Shown here: one piece after another, positions 13,141 through 26,194 of the stretch
How the letters are laid out: each line of letters opens with the position of its first letter
Position numbering within the stretch: position 1 is the stretch's first letter
NCBI GenBank assembly: GCA_024679065.1
Contig: JAGIQG010000040.1
Span: 6,138,001 to 6,202,000, forward strand
Reading direction: 5' to 3'
Source of the DNA: Sphyrna mokarran
Lineage: Eukaryota
Length of the DNA stretch: 64,000 nt
Notes under the pieces: generated by a model
Seen by the model: only the letters and a program-made list of their open reading frames with translations
The model's database searches: none
What the model was told of the DNA's origin: nothing
Position numbers and translations under genes: made by a program

Positions 13141-13336
13141 TCCACACATTTTTAGTTCAGTCATTTAGATATATATTTATTTGGCAGCCTGCGTGGAGAT
13201 TTTCAGCTCTATGTCCAGGACATGAAGCAGTGAGCATGGATCTGTCAATCAGCTTCAATCAGCATCTTCAGGAGAATTGGGAGGGTGAATATTAGATACA
13301 GCAGCGTGAGAATGGAGGGAGAGTGTGTGGGATGGA

Positions 13337-13438
13337 AACCGAAAGAGAAGATGCTGGAAAATCTCAGCAGGTCTGGCAGCATCTGTAAGGAGAGAAAAGA
13401 GCTGATGTTTCGAGTCCAGGTGATCCTTTGTCAAAACA
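13337..13438 (-). mobile_element. short Penelope-type pLTR insertion with 12-bp target-site duplication
   Basis: gtgtgggatgga duplicated at 13325-13336 and 13439-13450; degenerate tgacaaaggatc..gactcgaaacat core on the minus strand. Confidence 0.65.
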
Positions 13439-13904
13439 GTGTGGGATGGAGATTTACAGCTTTTGGGAAATGTGAGAGGAAGAAATGTTCCATGAAAACT
13501 AGAATTATCTGTTCTGAATTTCTATCCTGGACTGACACAAGGACAAGGCCAAGGACAAATATATGAGCATGAGAGCAAGGTGGTGAATTCTAATGGCAAG
13601 TGGAAGGTCAGGGTCATGCTTGTGGACTGAGAGGAGGGTGTTCCATAAGGAGGGCATGGAACAGGTTACAGATAAATTAAAGAGAAATCATTTGTGTCCA
13701 GAACATTGTGAACATCTTTTTACGCTGGTTGTCTTTGATCCTCAAGTCACTTTCTGTTTGTTTTAAACATGTTCTGTTTCATGAATAAACTTTTATTAGT
13801 AAAAATATGTGATTGTTCTGGAGTTTTCTTGATGAGATTGATGCACTTTAGAGAAAGTGGATGAGAGGGGTTGGCGGGCTCTTTAACAGAAAGTGAGTCC
13901 CTCT

Positions 13905-14560
13905 TTTAGTGTGAAGTGATAACTTTGGTAGGTCAAATAGGATGACAGAATATATTAATGGTAGGAATCTTGGAAGATCAGAGGAATCTTGGGGTCTGAG
14001 TTCATAGGACTCTCAAAGCAGCTGCGCAGGTTGAAGCTATGATTAAAAAGACGTATGGTGTACTGGCCTTCATCAATCGAGGAATTGAGTTTAGGAGTCG
14101 AGAGATAATGTTACAGCTATATAGGACCCTGGTCAGACCCCACTTGGAGTACTGTGCTCAGTTCTGGTCACCTCATTACAGGAAAGATGTGGAAGCCCTA
14201 GAAAGGGTGCAGAGGAGATTTACAAGAATGTTGTCTGGATTGGGTGGCATTCCTTATGAGGATAGGTTGAGAAAGCTCAGTCTTTTCTCCTTGGAGAGAC
14301 GAAGCATGAGGGGTGACCTGCTAGAAGTGTATAAGATGTGGAGAGGTGTTGATCGTGCGGAGTCTCAGAAGCTTGTTCCCAGGGCTGAAATGGTTGCCAC
14401 AAGAGGACAAAGGTTTAAGGTGCTGGGGAGTAGGTACAAAGGAGATGTCGGGGTTAATTTTTCACGCAGAGGGTGGTTGGTGTGTGGAATCAGCTGCTGG
14501 CAGTGGTGGTGGAGGCAAATTTGACTGGGTCTTCTAAGATACTTTTTGGTAAGTACATGG
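13905..14560 (+). mobile_element. CR1 LINE ORF2 (RT C-terminal) fragment
   Basis: ORF 14039..14524 YRTLVRPHLEYCAQFWSPHYRKDVEALERVQRRFTRML is the CR1 ORF2 signature. Confidence 0.9.
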
Positions 14561-15429
14561 AATTTAGTAAGATATATGTAAGCCTAGTAATCTCTAAGGT
14601 AGGAACATGGATTTTTACAGTCTACACCTGGAGGGGCAGGAGAACTCTCTCTCTCTCTCTGACCTCTCATTCAATTTCAATCCGTTATTTCCCAGTTCTG
14701 TTCTGGCCCAGCGTGGGTAATATCTACTCAATCTTATCTTCTCCTGAAGGAGTGCCGTGAGTTCTAGATTCCTAGTCATAAGGGCAAATGCTCAAGCAAT
14801 TGATCAAGCCCAGATGTAAAAGATTTTCCAGCTCTCTCTTTACCTCTACACAACTTGTGGACAGTTCTTACTCAGTGTTACTTCTCCCAAACTCTTAATT
14901 GTTCCAATCTACAATATTATCTATTTTGCTTTAATTTTCCTCACTATGTGTCGATGTGCAGTGGGTTGAATTGGATCCTGATTGTTTTGAACTCAGTTTC
15001 TCTCTGGAGTGTGTGTCAGGGCCTTGATGATATCACAATGTTGTCTCAATCCCCTGGCCACATTAACCCTTTCATCTCCTGCTGTGTCTCAAGTCGCTGT
15101 GTGTGTTTGGGACCCGCTCTTCACTCCATCTCACTGTGAATTTAGGATTGCTATTTTTCACAAGTAACAAATCACATCTGCACACACACTCTGGTATCCC
15201 AAAATCATGTCACACATTCTTAACTCTCAGATGTGCTATTGAAAAGATCAAATATAGTGTCTGTCTTTCTCATCTCCCCGTTATGGAGCTAATATTTCAT
15301 ATATACTGGCCGGGCTTTCAAATGTGGATTTCTTTAAAACAAAGTTCATGGATGTAGGAGTGTTTCAGAGACCAAGTATTGTGCTTGCTTTCACTGATTT
15401 ACAACTCAGCTGATGCAAAGAACAAAATG

Positions 15430-15738
15430 GTGGCACGGTGACACAGTGATTAGCATTGCTGTCTCACAGTACCAAGGATTCAGGTTCGATTCCTGGGTTG
15501 GGTTACTGTCTGTGTGAAATTTGCTCATCCTTCTTGTGTCTGCAAGTGTTTCCTCCAGGTGTTCTGCTTTCTTTCCACAGTCCAAAGATGTATGAGTTGG
15601 GTTGATTCGTCATGCTAAATTTACCTTAGTTACTGGGGATTAGCAGGGTAAATATGTAGGGTACTGATATAGGCTGGGATTGTTGTCAGTGCAGGCTCAA
15701 TGGGCCAAATGGCCTCCTTCTGTTCTGTCGGATTCTGT
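15430..15738 (+). mobile_element. tRNA-derived SINE (HE1/V-SINE-like)
   Basis: ggcacggtgacacagtgattagc head, ggttcgattcc B box, family core. Confidence 0.78.
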
Positions 15739-17094
15739 TCTTTGAATATAGTGGGCATCTTGATTATTTTCAGTCTGGGCTAATACAGTAACCTGGAGTT
15801 TTATGACCCTTTTTGGAACTGTTGAGTGGAGCCTGATTAAAAGCTCAATGCTGTCTTTGGACATTTTTTTAACAGGAGAAAGGTTTTAGTTTTCTTTTGT
15901 CACAAGCTCTTTGAACTGCAGACTGAGAGTAGTGTTTCTCATCTTGCTCCATGGAGTGAAGATTCTGCTGCCTGTGAGTTGCCTGTTGGAAGATAGTGGC
16001 AAGCAGTCTCTCTCTCTCTCTTTCTCTCAAGGTCCTGAAAGTTCCAGGACTGAGAAATCAAAGTTTGAATTCAATGTTTAAAGGACTAATTCACAACAGT
16101 TGTTAAAAAGCTGCAAAATCCAGCACTACATGAGCATACTTGCTTTCTGTGCAAAGCCTAAAATGAGATGTTTGTTTATAGGGATTATTTGATTTGGATG
16201 TAGCTGGTCAGGTTATTATGCTAATTTTTCTTATTATATTTTAACCGTATTCTTAAATTAACTTTGTTTAATAAAAACTTCCTTTGGATCACTTGAATCA
16301 TACCTGGAGTGAAATGTCTTACACTCACTCGAGTGCAAATCTTATGGCTAGGCTGACTCTGTAAAGCACCTTGGATTTCTGGCCTGGATCAGTATGCATT
16401 TCACCACACCCAAGGTGAGTTATTCAAATTCCTTTATTGTCCAGGACAATACGTTCACAATATTTTTAAAACAGAAATTAAACATTCCCATTTGATTTCG
16501 GGTATTAACACATTCTGTCAGTTTGTTCTTTATTGTTAATGTCAGGCTGGGGTTGTTCCCTTGGAGCAAAGGTGGTTGAGGGGAGATTTGATAGAGGTGG
16601 AAAGATTCTGACAGGTTTAGATAAGGTGGACAAAGAAAAGCTGTTCCCATTAGCTGATGGGACAAGGATGAGGGGGGTACAGATTTAAGATTTTGGGTCA
16701 GAGATGTAGGGAAGGATGTGAGGAAGAATATTTTGAAGCAGCGAATGGTAATGACCTGGAACTCACTTTCTACGAGGATGGAAGAAGGGGAGACAATAAA
16801 CAATTACAAAGGAAATTGGATGGGTGTTCGGGGAATTTCAAACAGAAATGCTGACTAAATATCTCTGAGCTTCCTAACACCCTGTCACTCTGTGATCCTT
16901 GTGAAATTTAAAAGTAGGTATTTGCAATAAGACTCAAAGAGCATCAGCCCACTGGAGACAAAATCATGAAACCGGCCAGTCCAGCAGAAAGAAACCCTCT
17001 CCCCTCCCCATTGACCAACTGTGAGAATGAACAAATTGTTATCCTGGGTGTAATTGAGAGCAGAAACAATAACAGCAGAATTTAATCCCCATAT

Positions 17095-17973
17095 TCACTT
17101 GTGAACTTGTTGGTGTGTCAGCAGAGTGGATGAATCACAGAATCCCTTCCCACACTGAAAACAAACGAGCAGTCTCTCCCCAGTGTGAATTCGCTGGTGT
17201 GACTGCAGGGTAGAGAACCGAGTGAATCCCTTCCCACACACAGGGCAGGTGAACGGTCTCTCCCCAGTGTGAACTCGCTGGTGTCTCCGCAGATTGGATA
17301 ACTGAGTGAATTCCTTCCCACACTGAGAGCAGGTGAACGGCCTCTCCCCAGTGTGAACTCGCTGATGTGTCTGCAGGTTTGATAAATGAATGAATCCCTT
17401 CCCACACTGCGAGCAGCTGTACGGCCTCTCCCCAGTGTGATCTCGCTGGTGTGTCTGCAGGCTGTACAATTGAGTGAATCCCTTCCCACACTGAGTGCAA
17501 GTGAATGGTCTCTCCCCAGTGTGAACCCGTTGGTGTGCCTGCAGATGAGATACCTGAGTGAATCTTTTCTCACATTCAGAGCAGCTGAATGGCCTCTCTC
17601 CTGTGTGAACTCGCTGGTGCTTCTGTAGGTTGGATGACTTACTGAATCCCTTCCCACACTGAGAGCAGGTGAATGGCCTCTCCCCAGTGTGAACTCGCTG
17701 GTGTGTCTGCAGGCTGGATACCTGAGTAAATCCCTTTCCACACTGACAGCAGGTGAATGCACTCTCCCCGGTGTGAACTCGCTGGTGTCTCTGCAGAGTG
17801 GATGAATCACTGAATCCCTTCCCACAAACACAGCAGGTGAACGGCCTCTCCCCAGTGTGGCTGCGTCGATGAGCTTCCAGTAGAGAGGGCGCTTTGTATC
17901 TCTTTCCACAGTCCTCACATTTCCACGGTTTTTCCATATTGCTGGTCTCCTTGTATTGTTGCAGGTTTATCAT
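17095..17973 (-). CDS. C2H2 zinc-finger protein, 10 fingers
   Basis: 292-aa ORF; family start MEKPWKC at 17937 gives 280 aa = 10 x 28; acceptor ttttacag at 18289-18290. Confidence 0.9.
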   Translation of the reverse strand: MINLQQYKETSNMEKPWKCEDCGKRYKAPSLLEAHRRSHTGERPFTCCVCGKGFSDSSTLQRHQRVHTGESAFTCCQCGKGFTQVSSLQTHQRVHTGERPFTCSQCGKGFSKSSNLQKHQRVHTGERPFSCSECEKRFTQVSHLQAHQRVHTGERPFTCTQCGKGFTQLYSLQTHQRDHTGERPYSCSQCGKGFIHLSNLQTHQRVHTGERPFTCSQCGKEFTQLSNLRRHQRVHTGERPFTCPVCGKGFTRFSTLQSHQRIHTGERLLVCFQCGKGFCDSSTLLTHQQVHK

Positions 17974-18659
17974 TTGAAGCCTTGTTCACACAGACAACAC
18001 TGTACAGTCTCTCCTCGCTGTGAATGCTGTGATGTATTTTGCAGGATGTGTAACTGCTTAAAGCTCTTTCCACAATCAGTGCACTGGAACACTCTCACTC
18101 GGGTGTGTGTTTGCATCTGTGTTTTTCCAGTCACATTGTTGTTTAAAATCTTGCAGTCGACAGACCGGTCAAACATTTCTCCTTCTCAATCAGAGGCTGA
18201 GGATATTTAGTTTCCAAGGAACTGAGGGACTCTGTCAGATCAAGATGTGATATTTAATATTTATCTGTGTGATTCTTCTTCTAATATCCTGTAAAAACAG
18301 TTGACAAAATTCATCACAGTCAGTTCAGGATAGAAATTCAGAACAGGCAATTCTAGTTTCTATGGAACATTCTTTCCTCTCTTATTCCCCAGAAGCTGTA
18401 AATTTCCATCCCACACATTCTCCCTCCATTCTCATTCTGCTGTATCAAATATTCACCCTCTCAATTCTCCTGAAGGTGCTGATTGAGGCTTGTTGATAAA
18501 TATCTACTTACTACTTCCTGTCCTGGAGTCCGAGAGCTGAAAACCTCCAGGCAGGAGAAATAACAGAAATATGGCTACTTTCCTTGATTAAGGATGATTT
18601 TCCTTGACTAAGGATGAGGTTGTGATTGATGATGATATTGAACTTGCTGCCAACGTAGG

Positions 18660-19430
18660 TGACCATAGAGTTTTACAGCATGGAAAGAGGCCCTTCGGCC
18701 CATCATGTTTGCGCCAGCCTTCAAGGACCATTCTATTCTAACCCCATTTTCTACGTTGTTGCATAACCTTGTGAACTATGGCATTTCAAGAGCTTATCTA
18801 AATTCTTTTTAAAAGTTATGATGATTCCCACTTTACCACCCTTTCAGGCAGTGAGATCCAAATTCCCACCACTATCTGAGTGAAAAAGTTTTCCTTCGCT
18901 TCTTCTATAAACTTCCTGCCCTGAACTTAAATCCAGGCCCCTGATCATTGACCGCTGTACCAAAAAGAAAAGTTCCTTTCTATCCCCCCCTCAGAATTTT
19001 ATACACCTCGATCAGGTCCCTTCATCCTTCTCTGTTCCCAAAAACACAACACCAGCCTATCCAATCTCTCTTGAGAGCTGAAACACTGCAGCCCAACCAA
19101 CACCCTGGGGAATTTCCCCTGCACCTTCTACACTGCAATTACATCCTTCCTGTACTGTGGCAACCAGAGCTACACATAGTTCTCCACCTGTGGCCTAACC
19201 AGTGGTTTATACAGCTCCATCAGGACCTCCCTGCCCTTATATTCAATGCTTCGATTAATAAAGGCAAGAATCCCACGTGCCTTCTGAACCACCTTATGTA
19301 ACTGTCCCACTGTCTTCAAAGATCGACAGACATCAACTCCAAGGTCCCTCTGATCCTCTGTACCTCCAAGATCTGACCATTCATTGCGCATTCCGTTACC
19401 TTGTTAGTCCTCCCAAAATGTATTACCTCA
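18660..19430 (-). mobile_element. CR1 LINE 3' fragment
   Basis: ORF 19170..19391 QRDLGV...KARGILAFINRSIEYKGREVLMELYKPLVRP; CR1 3' tail near 18665. Confidence 0.85.
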
Positions 19431-19699
19431 AACCTTTAAGGATTGAATTCCACTTTCTCTGGTTCTACCCATCTCACTAAAGTTTTGAAGTTTATGCATT
19501 AGTGTGACAAGTAGTCTTACGTTAGCACTGCAACGAAGTTTCTGCGCCACACTCCAGCATCCCTTTGGATGCACAGAGGGAGAATTCAGCATGACCAATA
19601 CACCTAACATCTTTCGGACTGTGTGAGGAAACTGGAGCACCCGGAGAAAACTTACACATACAAGGGGAGAATGTGCAGACTCTTTCACATGATGAAAGA

Positions 19700-20432
19700 A
19701 CGCCTTTGGATTTCCTCTCAGACGTTGCACAGAGGAGGAAGTTTTGTTCTGAAGCTCATCGGCCAACTTCCGCATTCAGACAATGGAGAGAGACTCTGAT
19801 TGGCTGGAGGACAAGAATCCTTCCGGTCGTCCAACTCTTTCTATTGGTCAACGCCTCAGCGTGGGGCTCAAAGGGTGGGCTCTCTCTGCACATGCGCACT
19901 TTTCCCTCTCCCTTGGACATGCGCAGTCCCGGGCCGGGGGGAGGGGGGAGATCACCGAGCGGCTTCTCGCTCTGCCCGGAGCCGCCAGCCGCTTGTCTGG
20001 AAACCTTGGCTCGAGGAGGGGGAGGGGAACAATGGGTGGGGGCGGAAGATCCCGGAAGGGGAAACCATGGGTTGGGGCGGGGCTCCGGAGGGGAACAGTG
20101 GGTGGGGGGCGGGGTTCCCGGAGGGGAACAATGGGTGGGGGGCGGGGTTCCCGGAGGGGCACAATGGGTGGGGGCGGGGCTTCCGGTGCCGCGTGGCGGA
20201 GTCTCCACCCCATAACCCTCACGCTGAGCTGCTGAGCAATGGGAAGATTTGGAGGACCGGAAGGATACTGGTCCTCCAGCCAATCACAGCCCGGGCTTTG
20301 TGTGAATGAAGATTGCACTTCGGACAGACTTAAACTTCCTCCGGTCTCCCACATCTGTGAGTAAAACACTTTCTTTTCTCCCCCTATCCATTTCTTTTCT
20401 TATTCTGGAGGAAATTGTTGACTTGCAGCAGC
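19700..20432. promoter_or_regulatory. bidirectional promoter / first-exon module 3
   Basis: inverted arms (ctgattggctggaggacaagaatccttccgg ~19796 vs ccggaaggatactggtcctccagccaatca ~20257), GCACATGCGCA, many GC boxes, donor GTGAGT at 20357. Confidence 0.7.
20026..20180 (+). repeat. G-rich ~33-bp tandem repeat, about 5 copies
   Basis: unit gggaacaatgggtggggggcggggttcccggag. Confidence 0.8.
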
Positions 20433-20444
20433 CGATCGCGAGAA

Positions 20445-21770
20445 ATAGAAGCAGTAGCGGCCACAGGCCCTTCAAGCCTGTCCCGCTATTCAATACAATC
20501 ATATCTAACTCGTCATGGTGCCACTTCCCATAGCCCTCTATCCCTCGATCTATTAAATATTTATCCACCTCACTTTAAATACTTCAAATCATCTACTTTC
20601 CACCACCCTTTGGGACAGAGAATTCCAGAGATCCACCATTCTCTGCGAAAATAAATTTCTATGTACCTCAGTTTTAAATGACCAACCCTTTATCTTGTAC
20701 TTGTTTGTGATTCTTCTACTCTTGAAAATATTACCCTATCAAACCTCCCCCCCCTCAGGATCTTATATATTTCAATAAACTCACCCCTTTGCTTTCTAAA
20801 CTTCAAGGAATGCAGACCTTGACAATTTTTTTCTCTCTTGTCCTCTCATCCCAAGAAATAGGCTTGTGGATATCCTTTGGACTACTGCCAATGTTATGAT
20901 ATCCTTGTTTAAATAGGGGGATCAAAACTGTGTTCCAGTTTAGGCCTCATCAAAACCCTGTGCAGTTGCCACAAAACAGGCCTGCTTTTAAATCTGACCC
21001 CATTGCAATAAAATCAAAATTCCATTTTCCTTCTTATTACTGAGAGGCCTGCCTGCCACCTTTTTGTGATTCAGGCACAAGAACACCTAGATCCCTCTGT
21101 ACTTCACTCACCTGCAGCACCTCTTCATGTGGATAATCTCCCTTTTGATTCCTCCTACTGAAATTAATGAACAGCACGGTGGCACAGTGGTCAGCACTGC
21201 TGGCTCACAGTGCCAGGGACCTGGGTTCGATTCCCAGCTTGGGTCACTGACTGTTTGGAGTTTGCATGTTTTCCCCATGGGTTTCTTCTGGGTGCTCTGG
21301 TTTCTTCCTACAGTCTGAAAGACGTGCTTCTTAACTGCATTGACCTGAACAGGCGCCGGACTGCGATGACTAGTAAACAAGTAACATTAATACTGCAGTG
21401 AAATTACTTTATGATCTAACATTTCCCCAAGTTAAACTTAATTTGCCAGATTTTCATCACTCAGAGTATCTATATCCTCATCACAACATATTCTTCCACC
21501 TATCATCGTATCATTTAGAAACATTATATTCTGTTCCTTCATCCTGGTCATTAATTAAATAATGAACAATTGTGAGCCAAGAACTGATCCTTGTCAGACG
21601 CCACTAGTTACATGTTCCCACTCTGAAAATGATCTATTTATTCCAACTCCCTATTTTCTATGTGACGGCCAGTTTTTAATTCATACTAATACACTTGCAC
21701 CAATTCCACGGGCCTTTACTTAATGCACCAGACTCTTATGCACCACCTTGTCAAATGCTTTTTGGAAATC
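20445..21770 (-). mobile_element. degenerate CR1 LINE interrupted by a plus-strand SINE (21172-21380)
   Basis: CR1 3' end near 20445; DFQKAFDKV-like RT motif on the minus strand near 21745-21770. Confidence 0.6.
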
Positions 21771-21772
21771 TT

Positions 21773-22095
21773 AGAATCCCTAGGGTGCAGAAAGAGGCCA
21801 TTCAGCCTCTGCACTGACTCTTGAACACAGCATCTTTCCCAGGTCCTATCCCCATACCCCAACATTTTTACTCCACTAATACCCCTAATCTATATCTATT
21901 GGGACACAAAGGGGCAATTTAGCATGGCGAATCCATTTAACCCACAAATCTTTGGACCGTGGGAGGAAACCGGAGCATCTGGAGGAACCCCACACAGGGA
22001 ACATGCAGACTCTATGCAGACAGTGACCCAAGAGTGGAATTGAACCCGTGTCCCTGGTGCTGTGAGGCAGCAGTGCTAACCACAGTGCCACCATG
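21773..22095 (-). mobile_element. tRNA-derived SINE (HE1/V-SINE-like)
   Basis: gtgaggcagcagtgctaaccacagtgccacc head on the minus strand, family core. Confidence 0.78.
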
Positions 22096-22666
22096 GTGAC
22101 TTTGTGCCACTCTTACTATTAACTTACTCCTGTTCCTGATGTTCAAAAGGCATTGCACCACGAGCTTTTAAAGGGCAATTAGTAGTGGGATCATATAGTG
22201 GCCCGACCAGTGATTCCCACATACCATAAAAGTATGAAAAAAAAAAGAATTGTCGGTTCTGAATTTCACCCTGGTACTGATTTTGTAAACTCCTTTCACA
22301 GGATATTAGAAGGTGAGAAACTACAGTCAAAAATCACAAACCAAACATCACATCAAGATTTGGCACAGTCACTGAATTCATCAGGAGCTGATTATCATTG
22401 GCTTCGGAATCTAGAAGGAGAAATATCTGTTTCTTCTGTTTACTTAAAAAGGATTGAAACATCAGTGTGATTGGAAAAGCACCGAGACACTCACACATCC
22501 AAGTGAGAGTGTTCCAGTGCACTGACTGTGGAGAGAACTTTAACTTGTTGCACAGCCTGGAAAAGATTTTGCATAATTTGGAACAGGAAGACCATGCATC
22601 TGTTGTGTGTGTGGACAAGTCTTCAACTAATCGTTAAACTTTGAGATTCAAAAGTACACTAGCACC

Positions 22667-23509
22667 ATGGAGACACCGTGGCGATGTGAGGACTGTGGGA
22701 AGAAATGGCGGTTCCCATCTGAGCTGGAAATTCATCGACGCGTTCACACTGGAGAGAGGCCGTTTACCTGCTCAGACTGTGGGAAGGGATTTGCTCATTC
22801 GTGCAACCTGCAGACACATCAGCGAGTTCACACCGGGGAGAGGCCATTCACCTGCTCTGACTGTGGAAAGGGATTCACTCATTTAACCCACCTCCACACG
22901 CACAAGCGAGTTCACACTGGGGAGAAACCATTCTTCTGCTCTCAGTGCGGGAAGGGATTCTCTCAGTTATCCCACGTTCTGAGACACCAGCGAGTTCATA
23001 CCAGGGAGAGGCCCTTCACCTGCAAGGAATGTGGAAAAACATTCACTACTTCATGGAACCTGCTGACACACCAGCGAATTCACACTGGGGAGAAGCCATT
23101 CACCTGCTGTGCATGTGGGAAGGGATTCACTCGGTTATGCAGCCTGCAGACACACCAACGTGTTCACACCGGGGAGAAACCATTCACCTGCCCTGAGTGT
23201 GAGAAGAGATTCGCTCAGTTATCCCACCTACTGTCACACCAGCGAGTTCACACCGGGGAGAGGCCGTTCATCTGCAGCATGTGTGGGAAGGGATTCAGTG
23301 AATCATTCACCCTGCTAATACACCAGCGAGTTCACAAGGACGAGAGGCCATTCACCTGCTCAGAGTGTGGGATGGGATTCACTAAATCGTCCAACCTCCT
23401 GACACACCAACATGTTCACACAGAGGAGAAGCCGTTCCCCTGCTCTGTGTGTGGGAAGGGATACACTCAGTTATCCAGCCTGCGGAGACACCAGAAAGGG
23501 CACAAGTGA
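22667..23509 (+). CDS. C2H2 zinc-finger protein, 10 fingers
   Basis: 280 aa = 10 x 28; accATGG start; acceptor tttcacag ending 22301; donor at 20357. Confidence 0.92.
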   Translation: METPWRCEDCGKKWRFPSELEIHRRVHTGERPFTCSDCGKGFAHSCNLQTHQRVHTGERPFTCSDCGKGFTHLTHLHTHKRVHTGEKPFFCSQCGKGFSQLSHVLRHQRVHTRERPFTCKECGKTFTTSWNLLTHQRIHTGEKPFTCCACGKGFTRLCSLQTHQRVHTGEKPFTCPECEKRFAQLSHLLSHQRVHTGERPFICSMCGKGFSESFTLLIHQRVHKDERPFTCSECGMGFTKSSNLLTHQHVHTEEKPFPCSVCGKGYTQLSSLRRHQKGHK

Positions 23510-24329
23510 TGGTGGATTTTGCTGCTCCTGCTGCTGTTAATCACATGCTTGACTGAACCAGGTTCATTCTGATTGTTGGGGGAGTTGGAGAGTTTCTTTC
23601 TGCTGGACTGACCAGTCAGCCAAATTCCTGTTGGTCTTTGAGAATTGTTGCAGTTATCTACTTCCATATTTTATTTGCATCACAGAATTAAATAGTGTTT
23701 GGAATGAGACAAATTGTTTGGAACTCTTGAAATCATGCCAGGTTTCCATGGAGATGGGCTATGGTGGTTTGAATGTTCTTTTTTATTTCTCTGGCTGCTT
23801 CTCACAGAAGGAAATTACAAAGCTATAGATCTACGTTTGCTGTGATTGAGTGGGATACTACATTAAAAGACGTGATCTGGACAATTAAGGGCTGGTTTTT
23901 AAGGAATGCAGTGCTATAGTGGTATTGCTACTGGAATTGTAATCCAGAGTCCCAGGTTAATGCACAGAGGCCACGGGTCAAGTTCCAGCACAGTAAGAAT
24001 CCGGAACTAAAACTTTAATGGTGACCACGAAACCATTGTCGGTTGTCGGAAAAACCATCTGGTTTACCAATGTCCTTTACGGAAGGAAATCTACCGTTCT
24101 TACCTGGTATAGCCTACATGTGACTCCAGACAGCCAAGAAATGTGGTTTGCCCTCTGAAATGGCCAACTAAGGCATTCCATTGTATCAGATTGCTAGAAA
24201 GATTCTCATGAATGAAATTGAACTATTTCTGTACTAATCATCATAAAGCAGCAAGCGATAGACAGAACTGAATGATCCCACCATCAATGGGTCAGATCTA
24301 AGCTCTGCAGTCCTGCCAGTAATATTTGT

Positions 24330-24790
24330 GTTGTACAAGCACCAGACAATGAAATGAAATGAAGAGAATCACAAGAGAATCAAACCATCGCCTCTTGACA
24401 TTCAATGACATGACTGAATTCCCTATCAACAGGCTGGAGATTACTATCGCCCAGAAACTGAACTGAATCAGCCAAATAAACACAGTGGCTGTAAGAGCAT
24501 GTTGGAGGCTGGGAATCTGCAGCCAATAACTCACCTCTTGTCTCCGAGAGCCAGCCCACCATTTACAAGTCAGGAAAGTGATGGAATGCTCTCCACTTGC
24601 CTGGGTGAGTGAACTCCAACAACACAAGAAGCTCACCACCATCCGGGACAAAGTAACTCGCTTGATCGGCACCCCACTCTCAAACATTCTCTTCCTCCAC
24701 CACCGAAGCACAGGGGCAGCAGTGTTACCATCAAAAAATGCACTGCAGGAACTCACTGAGGCTCCTTAGCATCTTCCAAACACATGACCT
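24330..24790 (+). mobile_element. CR1/L2-group LINE RT C-terminal fragment, degenerate
   Basis: RLGI...THLL..SQPTIYK..RKVMECSPLAW-type motif; same family at 58590-59340 and 61985-62410. Confidence 0.6.
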
Positions 24791-26194
24791 TTAAATTTAA
24801 ATCAGCCAATGTATGTAAGGGTGATTTATAAATTTCTATTGAGGGTTAAGCTACAAGTTTTATTGTGATAAGGAATAAAATATGTTTTAATTCCATCATG
24901 TTACTCACAAGCAGAATATTTTATCTCGATATTTCTTGAATCATGCTCACCTGTAAAGCATTTGGCTATTGTGTCCAGAGTCTCCATGTCAAGTTACTTA
25001 TTGTGGGCTGAACAAACGAAAGCATTTAGACGAATTAAATGAGTACATTACAGAATTTCTACAACAATTTGTCAAGGAGGCAGGAAAGCACAGACTATTT
25101 TGGGTTAAATATAATGTAATAAAACATGGGTCATGAGTAATGTTATGATTAAAAAATTTGGAAAAAGTCATAGCCTGATTGCGGCATAAGAGGAGATTGA
25201 GTGAGAAATTCTGTAATTCTCGGAGACCATGTTATAAGTTTGAAAAAAATGTGATGAAGTCTGAAACTGCGGTCTAAACTTTCAATGTTGCCAATTATGC
25301 AGGCACAAAGAGCAAGTTTGATGATGTAAATCATTAAATTAAAGTAAGAAACATGTGTGTTGATAAGGAATAGAAAATATTTAAAAAAAAAATCACAATT
25401 CTAAATGAGCATACATTAACTGATGTATAAGATACCATTGGATACATTATACTACCATGGGTAATAAGAAACGATCAGCATGCTAATTATTTGAAGGAAG
25501 GTGATTGCAATGTTCACAAGCCAAGTGGTCTGAGACCTTATTGAAAATGGAAAAAAATATTTCAGGGCATGGGAAGAAATTATCATTACCTGACCCAAGG
25601 CCCTGGATATCTACAGTAAGACATCTCTACTTCTGAACTCAAATTCCCTTGCACAGAAGGTGAATGTATTATTCGCCTTCCTAATTGCTCAGTGCGGCTG
25701 CCTCTCTACTGTCATTAACCGGTGTACAATGACACACAGAACCCTCTATACATTCACTCTTCCCAATATATCAGCATTTAGATAATGTTCTGGATTTATG
25801 TTTTCTTTCACATTAAGTAGTGTTGAGCTGCACTTGTCATGTGTTTTCTGTTACTTAATTTGTCTCCATCCTTTTGTAGCCTCTTTGCATCAACCTCCCA
25901 ACTCACAATTACACCCAGTCATCAGCAAACTTGGACATTTACATATGATTCCATCATCCAGGCCGTACTCTGTGCAGAGACAAACAGATGTAACATTACA
26001 GCTCTCTAAACATTCAATCTAGTTCCCGAAGAAAAGTTACTGAAGGCACTGTGTGACTGGAATTTAGCCAATTTGGCTTACTTATGCGCCAAGGCCAGAT
26101 TTTTGGAGAAATACAAATCTATGATGGAAACATTCAATATGCTGCTGCTCTTCATAAAGACAAGGTAACATGGGAAACTTCGGTTGCAAGATGA

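Noticed and set aside
15780-16400. Possible solo LTR
   Set aside because: Composition is suggestive (CT tract, AATAAA) but no termini, TSD or partner could be defined by eye.
19673-20369. Several overlapping 150-180 aa Gly/Pro-rich ORFs
   Set aside because: Explained by the GC-rich promoter and G-rich repeat lacking stop codons.
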